From a virus (taxonomy: Duplodnaviria; Caudoviricetes), in IMG/VR virus record IMGVR_UViG_3300027771_000869, positions 1 through 26,804 of that record: a DNA stretch of 26,804 nt. One strand, 5' to 3'. Below, piece by piece: positions 1-8,505 of the stretch. Under the pieces are notes generated by a model. The model made no database searches. It had not been told where the DNA came from and worked only from the letters and a program-made list of their open reading frames with translations. Made by a program: the position numbers and the translations under genes. Every line of letters begins with the position of its first letter. Positions within the stretch are counted from its first letter, which is position 1.

Positions 1-231
1 ATATTGGCTAAACTTAAAAACGAATTAAGATTAAATCATGATAAGATTACACAAGTTGAATTAACTGATAATGCTTATAGAGAACCAAGATATAAAGAAT
101 GGTTAATAGCTTTTACTCAAGCTGAAAAAGATTTTACCCTTTCTAAAGATTATTATAATAACTTGATAGCTTTAAAAGATATGCGAATAACAGAAGAAAG
201 TTCGGCTAGATATTTGATTAACAAAAAATAG
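1..231 (+). CDS. Hypothetical helical phage protein, probably truncated at the window edge
   Basis: Frame is open from base 1 (ATA TTG GCT...) to TAG at 229-231; helical/coiled-coil composition. Confidence 0.6.
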   Translation: MLAKLKNELRLNHDKITQVELTDNAYREPRYKEWLIAFTQAEKDFTLSKDYYNNLIALKDMRITEESSARYLINKK

Positions 232-272
232 CTTAAATAACCTTTTAGTACCAACACTTAATAACTATATAA

Positions 273-295
273 ATTAGTTTATATTAGTTTATAAT
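273..295 (+). promoter_or_regulatory. 10-bp tandem repeat ATTAGTTTAT x2 overlapping a TATAAT -10 box
   Basis: ATTAGTTTAT at 273-282 and 283-292; TATAAT at 290-295; RBS AGGAGA at 317-322 before ATG 330. Confidence 0.4.
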
Positions 296-329
296 ATTTC
301 TTATTAACAAAAAAATAGGAGATAAATAA

Positions 330-941
330 ATGAGTATAAATAGTGTGCTTACTAAAATTGAAAGTAGAATGGCTACTCTTGATAATTTAGTAAATAAGAA
401 AAAAAAATATCAAGAATGTAATAATACACTTCCTGATAATGTTCCTTACATAACTAAAGAAGAATGTAAAAAAGCATTTACTTCACTTGCAAAAAAGTTT
501 GGTAAAAAAAAAGTAAGACATTCTTATAAAGATGAATGGGTTAAAAGAAAAATGCCTATTAAATTTTATTCGAAAAATCCTAGAAGATGTTGGGTTTGTT
601 TATCTGGGGATTCAAATAAACTTTCAAAAGGTTGGAGAAGATTAATCCATGATGTATCTCATATGGTTCATACTTTTATAAGACCTAGATTACCCAATCA
701 TTGTTTTCAACAAGCTGAACTTGAACTAGATATGATTAAATATGTCTTGGATAAAGGTTGGCTTAATGGAACTTTAAAACCTAATGTGGTTATCTTATCT
801 AAAGATGAAAAAAGAATAAAAAAAATAGATGGATATAAAATTCTTATAAAAAAATGGCAAACTAAATCTAAACATGCCAATACATTTATTAAGAAATACT
901 CGAAGAAAATAAAGTATTATGAAAGAAAGGAGGTAAAATGA
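330..941 (+). CDS. Basic hypothetical protein with HDxxH (zincin-like variant) motif
   Basis: Strong RBS; WRRLIHDVSHMVH followed by a downstream His (PNHC); Lys-rich C-terminal helix. Confidence 0.7.
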   Translation: MSINSVLTKIESRMATLDNLVNKKKKYQECNNTLPDNVPYITKEECKKAFTSLAKKFGKKKVRHSYKDEWVKRKMPIKFYSKNPRRCWVCLSGDSNKLSKGWRRLIHDVSHMVHTFIRPRLPNHCFQQAELELDMIKYVLDKGWLNGTLKPNVVILSKDEKRIKKIDGYKILIKKWQTKSKHANTFIKKYSKKIKYYERKEVK

Positions 942-1171
942 TACCAAAAAATTGGACAAAAGAAACTTGGGGTCACTTAAAAAGAATGTATCCTAAAACC
1001 TATATGATTAGATTACATCATGTAAAAAAAGTTGATCTTTCAGGAAATAGAATAGATAAAGTAAAAGCAATAAAAGATGGCTACTGGAGAATTAATGAAG
1101 AATTAAAATCTTGGGCATTAGAAAATGCAAGTGATGAACAAATTAATAAATGGTATAAAGATTGTATATAA
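938..1171 (+). CDS. Hypothetical protein
   Basis: RBS AAGGAGG just upstream; ATGA overlap with the previous gene. Confidence 0.75.
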   Translation: MIPKNWTKETWGHLKRMYPKTYMIRLHHVKKVDLSGNRIDKVKAIKDGYWRINEELKSWALENASDEQINKWYKDCI

Positions 1172-1175
1172 AAAA

Positions 1176-1496
1176 CTAGCCAAATAAACAGTCTTGTAAA
1201 ATATCCCATAAGTGGGGATTCTGTTTAAAGATTCTTGTGTACCCATCTCCTACTGCTTTGGCTATGGGTTCTTCTCCTCTTTGATTAACATCAATACCAT
1301 CATTATAACAAATCACATGAAATAATTCGTGATAAATAGTATTGAATAATCTTTCGCCTTTTATATTTTGGTCAAAGTATAATTTTTGTTTATTAGGATC
1401 ATACAATCCATAACAATCATCTAAATTTGTATATACAATTTTAATTTTTCTTTTTCTATATTTAATAAAAGATAAAGCAGGATTAATAAAACTCAT
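1176..1496 (-). CDS. Small zincin-like HExxH metallopeptidase (ImmA/IrrE-like)
   Basis: CYGLYD...KLYFDQNI...NTIYHELFHVI...EEPIA pattern. Confidence 0.7.
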   Translation of the reverse strand: MSFINPALSFIKYRKRKIKIVYTNLDDCYGLYDPNKQKLYFDQNIKGERLFNTIYHELFHVICYNDGIDVNQRGEEPIAKAVGDGYTRIFKQNPHLWDILQDCLFG

Positions 1497-1747
1497 TTAG
1501 CATATCGGTTAATAACAGCTACTGTTAAATCATTGATTAATTTTAATGCTTCTGGAAAATTTAAAGACTTAACAACATCAAAGCCTAACTCATCTCCAGT
1601 TTTTAATAATATATTACCACTCATTGATGTACCTACTATGGCATAAGGTGTTTGGTCTTTTAATCTTATATCTTCTTTATCAAAACATTCTTCTTCTGTT
1701 TCATTTTCTATATCTCTATAAATGTCATCAATGCTTTTTTCTGCCAT
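1493..1747 (-). CDS. Acidic hypothetical protein
   Basis: Overlaps both neighbours (20 nt and ATGA); GGAGAG RBS-like sequence upstream. Confidence 0.7.
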   Translation of the reverse strand: MAEKSIDDIYRDIENETEEECFDKEDIRLKDQTPYAIVGTSMSGNILLKTGDELGFDVVKSLNFPEALKLINDLTVAVINRYAK

Positions 1748-2516
1748 ATTCTCTCTCCAAAGTTTCCATAGAAATATTATTTACTTCTTGTATGTGGTTA
1801 TCCCAAATCGTTAGTTCGCATACTTGATAAGTCCAACCAGTTAAACTGTGTTTAGCATAACTTTCAATATGATTAAAAGGCATAGCACAACCAACATTTA
1901 TAATTCTTGTAAAATCATTTGGAGTAGGGCTTATCTTTGCAACTCTATTATCTTGTGCTCTATGACTATGACCAAAAACAATATCTATTTTTGACTTGTT
2001 AGCTATTTGTCTTTCACTGGCCTCGCCACCATATTCTTTACCCATAGGGTTGATAGGTGCATGAATAAAACCAACTCCACCTAACATAAGATATTTTCCA
2101 TAAGGAATTACTTCCCAATTATATTTCTTACAGATAGCATAAAATTCTTTTTGACACATTCCATAAAAACTTGGATTGCTGTCCTCTTTACGAAACATTC
2201 TTTTTTCGTGGTTTCCTAAAGTATAATATTTTTTAATATTTAATTTTTTTAAATGAGTATCAAACTCTTTCATAGCTAAATTCATTGACTCCATATCTTT
2301 TAGGAAGATAGGTTTTTCAATTCTAGCGGTATAAGTATCGTCTTTGATATAGTGAGTACAACTATCTAAAGTTATAAAATCTCCTATCTGAACTACTATG
2401 TCTGGTTTAGTTTTTGTGATATGTTTAGCGAACCAACCAAACCTACTTTTATTTGGAATGTCTGGAGAGTCGTGTGTATCTCCTATTACTAAAACTTTTA
2501 AAATTTTTTTAGCCAT
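1728..2516 (-). CDS. Calcineurin-like metallophosphoesterase
   Basis: GDTHD, GDFITLD, GNHE, FIHAP and GHSH motifs; start more likely ATG 2516 (MAKKILK) than TTG 2522. Confidence 0.9.
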   Translation of the reverse strand: MAKKILKVLVIGDTHDSPDIPNKSRFGWFAKHITKTKPDIVVQIGDFITLDSCTHYIKDDTYTARIEKPIFLKDMESMNLAMKEFDTHLKKLNIKKYYTLGNHEKRMFRKEDSNPSFYGMCQKEFYAICKKYNWEVIPYGKYLMLGGVGFIHAPINPMGKEYGGEASERQIANKSKIDIVFGHSHRAQDNRVAKISPTPNDFTRIINVGCAMPFNHIESYAKHSLTGWTYQVCELTIWDNHIQEVNNISMETLEREYGRKKH

Positions 2517-2540
2517 ACACAATATATGGTATGAAAGTTT

Positions 2541-2756
2541 TTATATAATGTCAATAGTAGTACATTCAAATTTAATATACATTTTTAAATCATTAACTTT
2601 TTCTCTACCAAGTTCTTTTGTTTTTAAAAGAGATTCCTCATAACCTTTCATCATACAATCGTAAGAGTCATCAAAATGTTCTTGCCATTGTAAAGGTGGA
2701 GTACATATATTATTTTGTAAAGAACACATTACAAGAATGAGTACCCACTTTGTCAT
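2541..2756 (-). CDS. Small protein with hydrophobic N-terminus and four Cys, probably exported
   Basis: MTKWVLILVMCS...C...C...C; lies directly after the holin-like gene. Confidence 0.7.
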   Translation of the reverse strand: MTKWVLILVMCSLQNNICTPPLQWQEHFDDSYDCMMKGYEESLLKTKELGREKVNDLKMYIKFECTTIDII

Positions 2757-2758
2757 TG

Positions 2759-3151
2759 CTACTTACCTTTAGGAGAGCCATTTCTAAATATTTGAGTACC
2801 TTTTATGCCAAAAATACTAGCAACTACTGTAATCCATAAAGTTTGAAACCATACAGGAAGATTGCCAAAATGCTTAAAAAACAGTTCTATTTTATCCATC
2901 ATAGCAGGATCGTCTGAAAAAACTGCCCACGCAAGTACAATTATTGGAGCAGAAAGTATTGCAAGAACAAATTCATCTTTATAATCTGAATCTCTACTTT
3001 CTAAAAGTTTGCCTTGATATTCAATATCTCCACGAGCCATTTTTTCTGCTGTGTATAGTGCGGCTTGTGACATAGCTTCTTTTTGCTTTTGCTTATTTGA
3101 ATACACATTAGCACCAGTTTTAAGTGCCATTTTTGCTAAACTAAACCACAT
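2759..3151 (-). CDS. Holin-like membrane protein
   Basis: Likely start ATG 3151 (TAATG overlap with endolysin stop; MWFSLAK); two hydrophobic segments FVLAILSAPIIVLAWAVF and WFQTLWITVVASIFGI; basic C-terminus. Confidence 0.7.
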   Translation of the reverse strand: MWFSLAKMALKTGANVYSNKQKQKEAMSQAALYTAEKMARGDIEYQGKLLESRDSDYKDEFVLAILSAPIIVLAWAVFSDDPAMMDKIELFFKHFGNLPVWFQTLWITVVASIFGIKGTQIFRNGSPKGK

Positions 3152-3639
3152 TATGAACCTACCACTTTGCCATCTTTCCATTCCATATCTGGTAATCCAT
3201 TCTCATATTTATTACCATCAAATGTTAAGACTTGCTTTCTATTGTTACCTTTTTCGTTATAAGAAATATGAACCCACCCACCTGATGGATCATTTTTGTC
3301 AAAGTATTCGAGAATTAATTGATCAAAATCCACATTATTAGAAAGCCAATATGCAATCTTAATATTAGGTACACCATTTATTTCTAGGTCTGCGGCTTGT
3401 CCTTTAGTGTGCTGACTGGTTTTTTTTGATCCAATAGCTTCGCAAAGTGCCTCTGAACGATAGCCACTGGTAATTGTAACTGCATTGTCAAAATGTGCAC
3501 GTAGAGGTTCAAGACATTCATAACATAAATCTCCTAAATTTTTAATTTCTCCAGCACCAGCTTTATTCTTTATTCCTTTACGACTTGCTGTCATACTCTT
3601 TTCAAATTCTTCTAATTTAAAATGCTTACTTAAATCCAT
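3151..3639 (-). CDS. Endolysin, peptidase M15A (Zn D-Ala-D-Ala peptidase fold)
   Basis: LSKHFKLEEF, ITSGYRS, SQHTKGQAAD and WVHISY motifs. Confidence 0.9.
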   Translation of the reverse strand: MDLSKHFKLEEFEKSMTASRKGIKNKAGAGEIKNLGDLCYECLEPLRAHFDNAVTITSGYRSEALCEAIGSKKTSQHTKGQAADLEINGVPNIKIAYWLSNNVDFDQLILEYFDKNDPSGGWVHISYNEKGNNRKQVLTFDGNKYENGLPDMEWKDGKVVGS

Positions 3640-3641
3640 AA

Positions 3642-3851
3642 TTAAATCCTCCCAAATAATTCCATTATTATTGTACCCATACCTAATACAACCATTCCGA
3701 TCATACCAAGTACAACTCTTTCCAATCTACACATTTGAACTTTCAATTCTTTAATTTTTCTATTTGTTTCATTTTGCATAATTCTGCATAATTTTTCGTG
3801 ATCGTCAATTCTTTGATGTGCTGTATTAACAGGTAATTTAGCTTTAGCCAT
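3642..3851 (-). CDS. Coiled-coil plus C-terminal TM protein (XhlA/holin-like)
   Basis: HEKLCRIMQ...RLERVVLGMIGMVVLGMGTII; directly upstream of the endolysin. Confidence 0.65.
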   Translation of the reverse strand: MAKAKLPVNTAHQRIDDHEKLCRIMQNETNRKIKELKVQMCRLERVVLGMIGMVVLGMGTIIMELFGRI

Positions 3852-3979
3852 TATCTACCTTGCCCTTTATATCGTTTTTGAGATTTTTGTCTTTTTTCAT
3901 TTTTATTTTGACTCTTTTTGTGAATCCCTCTTTTCGTTGGTTGATCTCTTTCTACAAAAGATTTAAATTTTTTAGCCAT
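3851..3979 (-). CDS. 42-aa highly basic protein ending RYKGQGR (not in ORF track)
   Basis: Manual translation MAKKFKSFVERDQPTKRGIHKKSQNKNEKRQKSQKRYKGQGR; AGGA upstream; TAATG coupling to the next gene. Confidence 0.75.
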   Translation of the reverse strand: MAKKFKSFVERDQPTKRGIHKKSQNKNEKRQKSQKRYKGQGR

Positions 3980-4071
3980 AATTTTGTTCCTATATATATT
4001 TACCCATAAATTCTATTAATGTTGCTTAAAACCTCTCTATGACAGTTTAAACAGGTATATTTTGATGATTT

Positions 4072-4425
4072 CTAGTCCTTATTTAGTGTTTTTTCTAGAT
4101 ATAGAATAAAGTCCATTGATTCTTCTTGAGCCTCTTTTACCCAATGTATAAATGGCTTTGAATTATCACTCATGGTTTTACCAAAATTCAACATTCCCTC
4201 TTTATGTCTATCTAAATGTTTTTTAATGATCCTGTTGACTATCGGATCAATAGTAATATTTCCCTCTAATGATTCATCTAATTTTTTTTTAATAAGTTTT
4301 TTAAGATTCTCCAATCTTTCTATTTCGTAATCTTTCTTTAATAACTGTTCATTTTTTAAAGTTATTATTTCAATTAATTCATCTCTTGTTTTTGTTTCGT
4401 ATATAGGTGTTAAAGAATAATCCAT
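4072..4425 (-). CDS. Hypothetical protein: N-terminal coiled coil plus all-alpha domain with EExxD (MazG/NTP-PPase-like)
   Basis: RHKEGMLNFGKTM...WVKEAQEESMDFILYLEK. Confidence 0.55.
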   Translation of the reverse strand: MDYSLTPIYETKTRDELIEIITLKNEQLLKKDYEIERLENLKKLIKKKLDESLEGNITIDPIVNRIIKKHLDRHKEGMLNFGKTMSDNSKPFIHWVKEAQEESMDFILYLEKTLNKD

Positions 4426-4426
4426 A

Positions 4427-4540
4427 TTATAGTTTTAACATAAGTTCTGTAAATTCAATAGCAACAACTAAAGCTAGTTCTATTGCTAGAATAGTATGAT
4501 AAATATGCCAGACAACACTATTGCCCTTTTTGTTTTTCAT
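4427..4540 (-). CDS. 37-aa single-TM protein (not in ORF track)
   Basis: Manual translation MKNKKGNSVVWHIYHTILAIELALVVAIEFTELMLKL; fills the gap, overlaps the GT end by 23 nt and stops 1 nt before the next ATG. Confidence 0.65.
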   Translation of the reverse strand: MKNKKGNSVVWHIYHTILAIELALVVAIEFTELMLKL

Positions 4541-5273
4541 AAGACCTTTTTGCTATTGGTTTTCTTTCATAAGTCTTTATACCAATATGTTTTAATTCGC
4601 TAGTTATATCTGTCCATATTTCTCCACCACATTGTTGCCATAAAGCACAAAAATAAAAATCTTCTGATAAATATCTTCTAGTATTATCTTTATCTTCTAA
4701 AATACCTTGACCTTGTATTCCACAATCAAAGAAAGCATATTCTTTAATACCTTTAACTTCTTTTTGAGCATTAACTTCTGTAAGATATTCTATTTGTGGA
4801 TATTTTTTTAAAATAGTTTTAAAAACATCTCTTTGAATACACATAAATCCAGTTCCTGCATAATCACAAACTTTATAACCATTATCATTATCTTTAAAAT
4901 CATATTTTCCTAAAGGAAAATTAACACACCAACCTAAACTAGCATCTCCATCTTCAATCTTTGTATCTTTTTTTATAGGATAAGGTGCTGTAGATATTGG
5001 TTTGTTTAAATTTAAAACTCTTATAAAATCATCTGGTGTAAAACTTATATCTGCATCTATAAAAAATAAATGAGTATGATCTGTATCTAAAAATTGTTTA
5101 ACTAACTTATTTCTTGCTCTTGTTATTAAGCTATCTCTTAACCACATTATACTAATACCAATACCATTTTGTAAAAGTATATCTCTTATAGAGATAATTG
5201 ATGATATAGTTTCTAAATGTATTTTTGTATCAAAACTAGGAATACAAATTAATATAGATTTTTTATTTTTCAT
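4518..5273 (-). CDS. GT-A fold glycosyltransferase (GT2-like)
   Basis: ILICIP, SLITRARN, HLFFIDADI (DxD), AGTGFMCIQRDVF and YLSEDFYFC motifs. Confidence 0.88.
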   Translation of the reverse strand: MKNKKSILICIPSFDTKIHLETISSIISIRDILLQNGIGISIMWLRDSLITRARNKLVKQFLDTDHTHLFFIDADISFTPDDFIRVLNLNKPISTAPYPIKKDTKIEDGDASLGWCVNFPLGKYDFKDNDNGYKVCDYAGTGFMCIQRDVFKTILKKYPQIEYLTEVNAQKEVKGIKEYAFFDCGIQGQGILEDKDNTRRYLSEDFYFCALWQQCGGEIWTDITSELKHIGIKTYERKPIAKRSYEKQKGQ

Positions 5274-5274
5274 T

Positions 5275-5916
5275 TTATCTTATAGGTGGTATTCCTAATA
5301 ATAGTCTTTTGTCGAATTTATTTTTTTCTGCAAATTGACCATTAACATGATTATAATGTAAAAAAACTTGAACACAAACATCACCTTGAAATTGTTCTCT
5401 CCAATGCTCTAGTTCACAACCAGAATAAACTAACATATCCCCTATATCTAAATCAACTTTAACTCCTTGAGGAGCATCAGGTTTATGTATATTTTTATAT
5501 TCATCTATAACATTATTAGAACCAGTAGGATCAATAAATATTGACCATTGATCTCCTCCTAAATGAATAGTGGTAGAAATTTCACAACTAGGTCTATCTT
5601 TATGTCTTTTTAATATATCTCCTTTCTTATATGCTCTTGCATAAGAATAGGTAGGTACTAATTCTAAACCAGTTTCTTTTTGCATAACTGGTAATGTTTT
5701 CATTAATAAAGTTTCCATTACATGATCTGCATAATGAGAATAAGTATTAGGTATTTGTTGATCTGTCCATGTACCTAACATTCCATTGTCATAAGTAATG
5801 TTATTGTCATACATATATTTAACAGCATCTCTTTTAAGAAGAAAATAATTGAAAATAAAATTAGCTAAATCATAACTAATTGCATTTTTAATTACTTGAT
5901 ATTTATTAAAAGCCAT
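5275..5916 (-). CDS. 2OG-Fe(II) oxygenase superfamily protein (HxD...H)
   Basis: PTYSYARAY, LKRHKDRPSCEIS, GDMLVYSGCELEHWRE. Confidence 0.8.
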   Translation of the reverse strand: MAFNKYQVIKNAISYDLANFIFNYFLLKRDAVKYMYDNNITYDNGMLGTWTDQQIPNTYSHYADHVMETLLMKTLPVMQKETGLELVPTYSYARAYKKGDILKRHKDRPSCEISTTIHLGGDQWSIFIDPTGSNNVIDEYKNIHKPDAPQGVKVDLDIGDMLVYSGCELEHWREQFQGDVCVQVFLHYNHVNGQFAEKNKFDKRLLLGIPPIR

Positions 5917-6484
5917 ATTGTATAAAATTAAAACTTACCGATATTCTTAAATCATTTGATTGATTAGGTTCAACACTATGCCATAACCAAGCAGGAAATA
6001 TAATAATTCTTCCAGTAATAGGATCAAGATTTGCATCTCTCCATAAATGTTTAGGAGGCTTTCCTTCTTTTCTATTAGGCATTACTATTTGTGATCCTGC
6101 TCTTGGATCATATATTTTTAATCTTCCTGCGTTTGGATTTGATTTAACATAATATACTCCAGAAAACAATGAATTGGGGTGTATGTGTGGTTGATTCATT
6201 CCATCTTTAGGATTTATATTAGCCCACATATTTCCAAGAACTGGTTCTCTATCTAACCATTCTTCATTAAATACTTCTTTGCACATTATATTTAATTCAT
6301 TAACTAATAATTGATACTCTCCCTTATTAGCCATATCAGTTGTAGAGTGCCAACCTTTATAATTTGTTTTTTGAACTCCTTGATCTTGATTAGACCAATC
6401 AATAATATTTTGTGCCAATCTATCATTATCTAAATTTATATCTTTACCATAAACACTTGTTGGAAAAAATTCTTCTCTAATCAT
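5906..6484 (-). CDS. Putative 2OG-Fe(II) oxygenase (TIGR02466/2OG-FeII_Oxy_5-like, HxH...H)
   Basis: FFPT start, WANIN, PHIHPNSLFSGVYYV, FPAWLWHSVEPN, RISVSFN. Confidence 0.88.
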   Translation of the reverse strand: MIREEFFPTSVYGKDINLDNDRLAQNIIDWSNQDQGVQKTNYKGWHSTTDMANKGEYQLLVNELNIMCKEVFNEEWLDREPVLGNMWANINPKDGMNQPHIHPNSLFSGVYYVKSNPNAGRLKIYDPRAGSQIVMPNRKEGKPPKHLWRDANLDPITGRIIIFPAWLWHSVEPNQSNDLRISVSFNFIQYGF

Positions 6485-7074
6485 CTAAAAGGCTTTCCAC
6501 CAAACCAGCAAACTAAAGATTGTCTAACTCCCTCTGTAACTGGATTAACTCTATGATTTAAAAAAGATGCAAATATAATTGCGTGTCCTTGTTTTAAATT
6601 TGCAAATTTTCCTGGAGCAGTTAGTTCTAAATCTCCACCTTTAAATTCTGCTGGATCATTTAATAATAATGTCATTGATATTTTTCTAACAGGTGGCTCA
6701 TGCTTCATATTAACATCACAATCCATATGCCAATCATAAAAACCACCAACTGGATATTCTGTAAATTGTGCATTTTCAGTAACTTGTATATCTCCAAATC
6801 CAAAATGATTTTCGTTTGCTTTTTGAATAAATTTATTTAGGTCTTTATACATATGTGCCATTTCCTTAAATGGAATCCAACTAATAGTTGTTACTCTTTT
6901 TTTAGTATCTGTTCCACCCTCTGGTTTATTCATACCCACTTGTGCTGTCTGTGGTTTTTGTGATCTACCAGATTCAATAATTTGTCTACATTGTTCTGGT
7001 GTAAATAATGGTGTTGTTGTTTGTACTATCCAGCTTTTCCATTTAGGTTCTGTAATAATGTTGTTTTCGTACAT
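6481..7074 (-). CDS. Prolyl-4-hydroxylase-like 2OG-Fe(II) oxygenase (2OG-FeII_Oxy_3/PKHD-type)
   Basis: QFTEY, YDWHMD, RKISMTLLL, FKGGDL, HRVNPVTEGVRQSLVCW. Confidence 0.88.
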   Translation of the reverse strand: MYENNIITEPKWKSWIVQTTTPLFTPEQCRQIIESGRSQKPQTAQVGMNKPEGGTDTKKRVTTISWIPFKEMAHMYKDLNKFIQKANENHFGFGDIQVTENAQFTEYPVGGFYDWHMDCDVNMKHEPPVRKISMTLLLNDPAEFKGGDLELTAPGKFANLKQGHAIIFASFLNHRVNPVTEGVRQSLVCWFGGKPFR

Positions 7075-7730
7075 TAATCTCTACCTCTATTCATAATAGG
7101 ATTATATTCTACATCACAATTTGCAGATAATGTTCTTCTAAATCCATTTCCATTAAAAGGATATACACAATGTCTAACATCATAAGGAAAAATATAAAAA
7201 TCTCTTTCTTTAATATTAGGAGAATAGTCACACGTTGCAAACTGACCTGATACCGATCCCATTATTTGTAACTTACCATTCATAGGGCTTTGTTCTGAAG
7301 AATACTCTACTCCAAAAGATTCTGGTAATTTTAAAATCATAACACTTGATAACCCTGTATATAAACTTCCTTGATGAACATGAACTGGATTATATTCGTG
7401 TTGAAACATTTGATTGACCCAAATAGAATTTAAAGATTTTTTATAACCTGTAATTTTATTAAAGTCTAAATAGTGACTCATAGCTTTATCAATCCATTGT
7501 AATACATTATTTGATAACATATTATGATGGTGCATTTTAGAAGTATCTGTTCCTTGATAAAACAAACTATGTTCTTTCTCAATCTTACCTACTAATTGTT
7601 TATTAGCTGGAGGTAATGTTGGATATTTTGTTTCATACACATTATTGATAATATTAAATACATCAAGAGGAACTTGATACTTTAATACTGTTTGCCCTAA
7701 AGGACATATATTAAAATTTAATGTGTCCAT
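7074..7730 (-). CDS. Putative 2OG-Fe(II) oxygenase (HxH...H)
   Basis: SIWVN, EYNPVHVH, LSSVMILK, FPYDVRHCVYPF, RRTLSAN. Confidence 0.82.
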   Translation of the reverse strand: MDTLNFNICPLGQTVLKYQVPLDVFNIINNVYETKYPTLPPANKQLVGKIEKEHSLFYQGTDTSKMHHHNMLSNNVLQWIDKAMSHYLDFNKITGYKKSLNSIWVNQMFQHEYNPVHVHQGSLYTGLSSVMILKLPESFGVEYSSEQSPMNGKLQIMGSVSGQFATCDYSPNIKERDFYIFPYDVRHCVYPFNGNGFRRTLSANCDVEYNPIMNRGRD

Positions 7731-8505
7731 ATTTCTGTCTAATTCTTTCTGGAATTTTTTGAATATAAGGATTATATCTTTTTTCTACTTTACCACTCCA
7801 AACTTTGTGCATATTATTACCTACCACTTTATCATCATATGGCAAACCATTAATATTAATTTGATCTAAATTTTCAAATCTATGGTTATAATAAGGCTCA
7901 TCTAAAAACTGATATATTTTTTTAAATTCTTCTTCAGGATTTGTAACTATGTCATTATATTTTACATAGTGACATATATCTTTATAGTTATATGAATTTT
8001 TTATAGCTTCTAATTCTTTAGCAACCGCACCATCTTTATTCATTAACATTGATAATTTTTCTTCATCAGTATTTAAATTAAATCTATTAGGAAACGCATC
8101 TGGATTTTCTGTGTACCATTGCATATAACTTGCTAGAACATCTAATAAATCTCTAACTAATATAATACATTTAAAAGGTCTTTTATAATGTTTTTGCATT
8201 AACTCAAAATTACCAGTGGTCATTACTGGACCTCTATCAATAATAATTTTTTGTTTCCAATCTTTATAAAAGGTATCATATACTGAATCTAAAACATTAT
8301 CTAAAGACTTGTGATCTTGATAGTTTTGAAAAACATCAGTTTGTTTTAATAAAAACAAATCTTTCATTATTTCTAATGTAATAGAATTAGCTGTTACTAC
8401 TAAATCTTTATTTTGATTCATTATAGAAGCAAACATTGTATTGCCAGATCGTGGCATTGCTACTAAAAAAAATAATTTCTTATTCTTGTTTTGCTCCGAG
8501 ATCAT
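7711..8505 (-). CDS. PAPS-dependent sulfotransferase (Sulfotransfer_3-like)
   Basis: 5'-PSB loop AMPRSGNT, 3'-PB RDLLDVLAS, VKYNDIVTNPEEEFKKIYQFL. Confidence 0.88.
   Translation of the reverse strand: MISEQNKNKKLFFLVAMPRSGNTMFASIMNQNKDLVVTANSITLEIMKDLFLLKQTDVFQNYQDHKSLDNVLDSVYDTFYKDWKQKIIIDRGPVMTTGNFELMQKHYKRPFKCIILVRDLLDVLASYMQWYTENPDAFPNRFNLNTDEEKLSMLMNKDGAVAKELEAIKNSYNYKDICHYVKYNDIVTNPEEEFKKIYQFLDEPYYNHRFENLDQININGLPYDDKVVGNNMHKVWSGKVEKRYNPYIQKIPERIRQKYGHIKF

Noticed and set aside
3152-3181. N-terminal extension MERWQSGRFI of the holin-like ORF
   Set aside because: It lies inside the endolysin; ATG 3151 with TAATG coupling is the more plausible start.
1624-3341. Plus-strand ORFs 1624-1827, 2398-2643 and 3051-3341
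   Set aside because: Antisense to well-supported genes, with atypical composition.
4518-7730. Oxygenase + glycosyltransferase as a TET/JBP-type DNA hypermodification system
   Set aside because: None of the oxygenases looks TET/JBP-like by eye, the context is tail genes rather than replication, and GCWGC avoidance suggests unprotected DNA. Disfavoured but not excluded.
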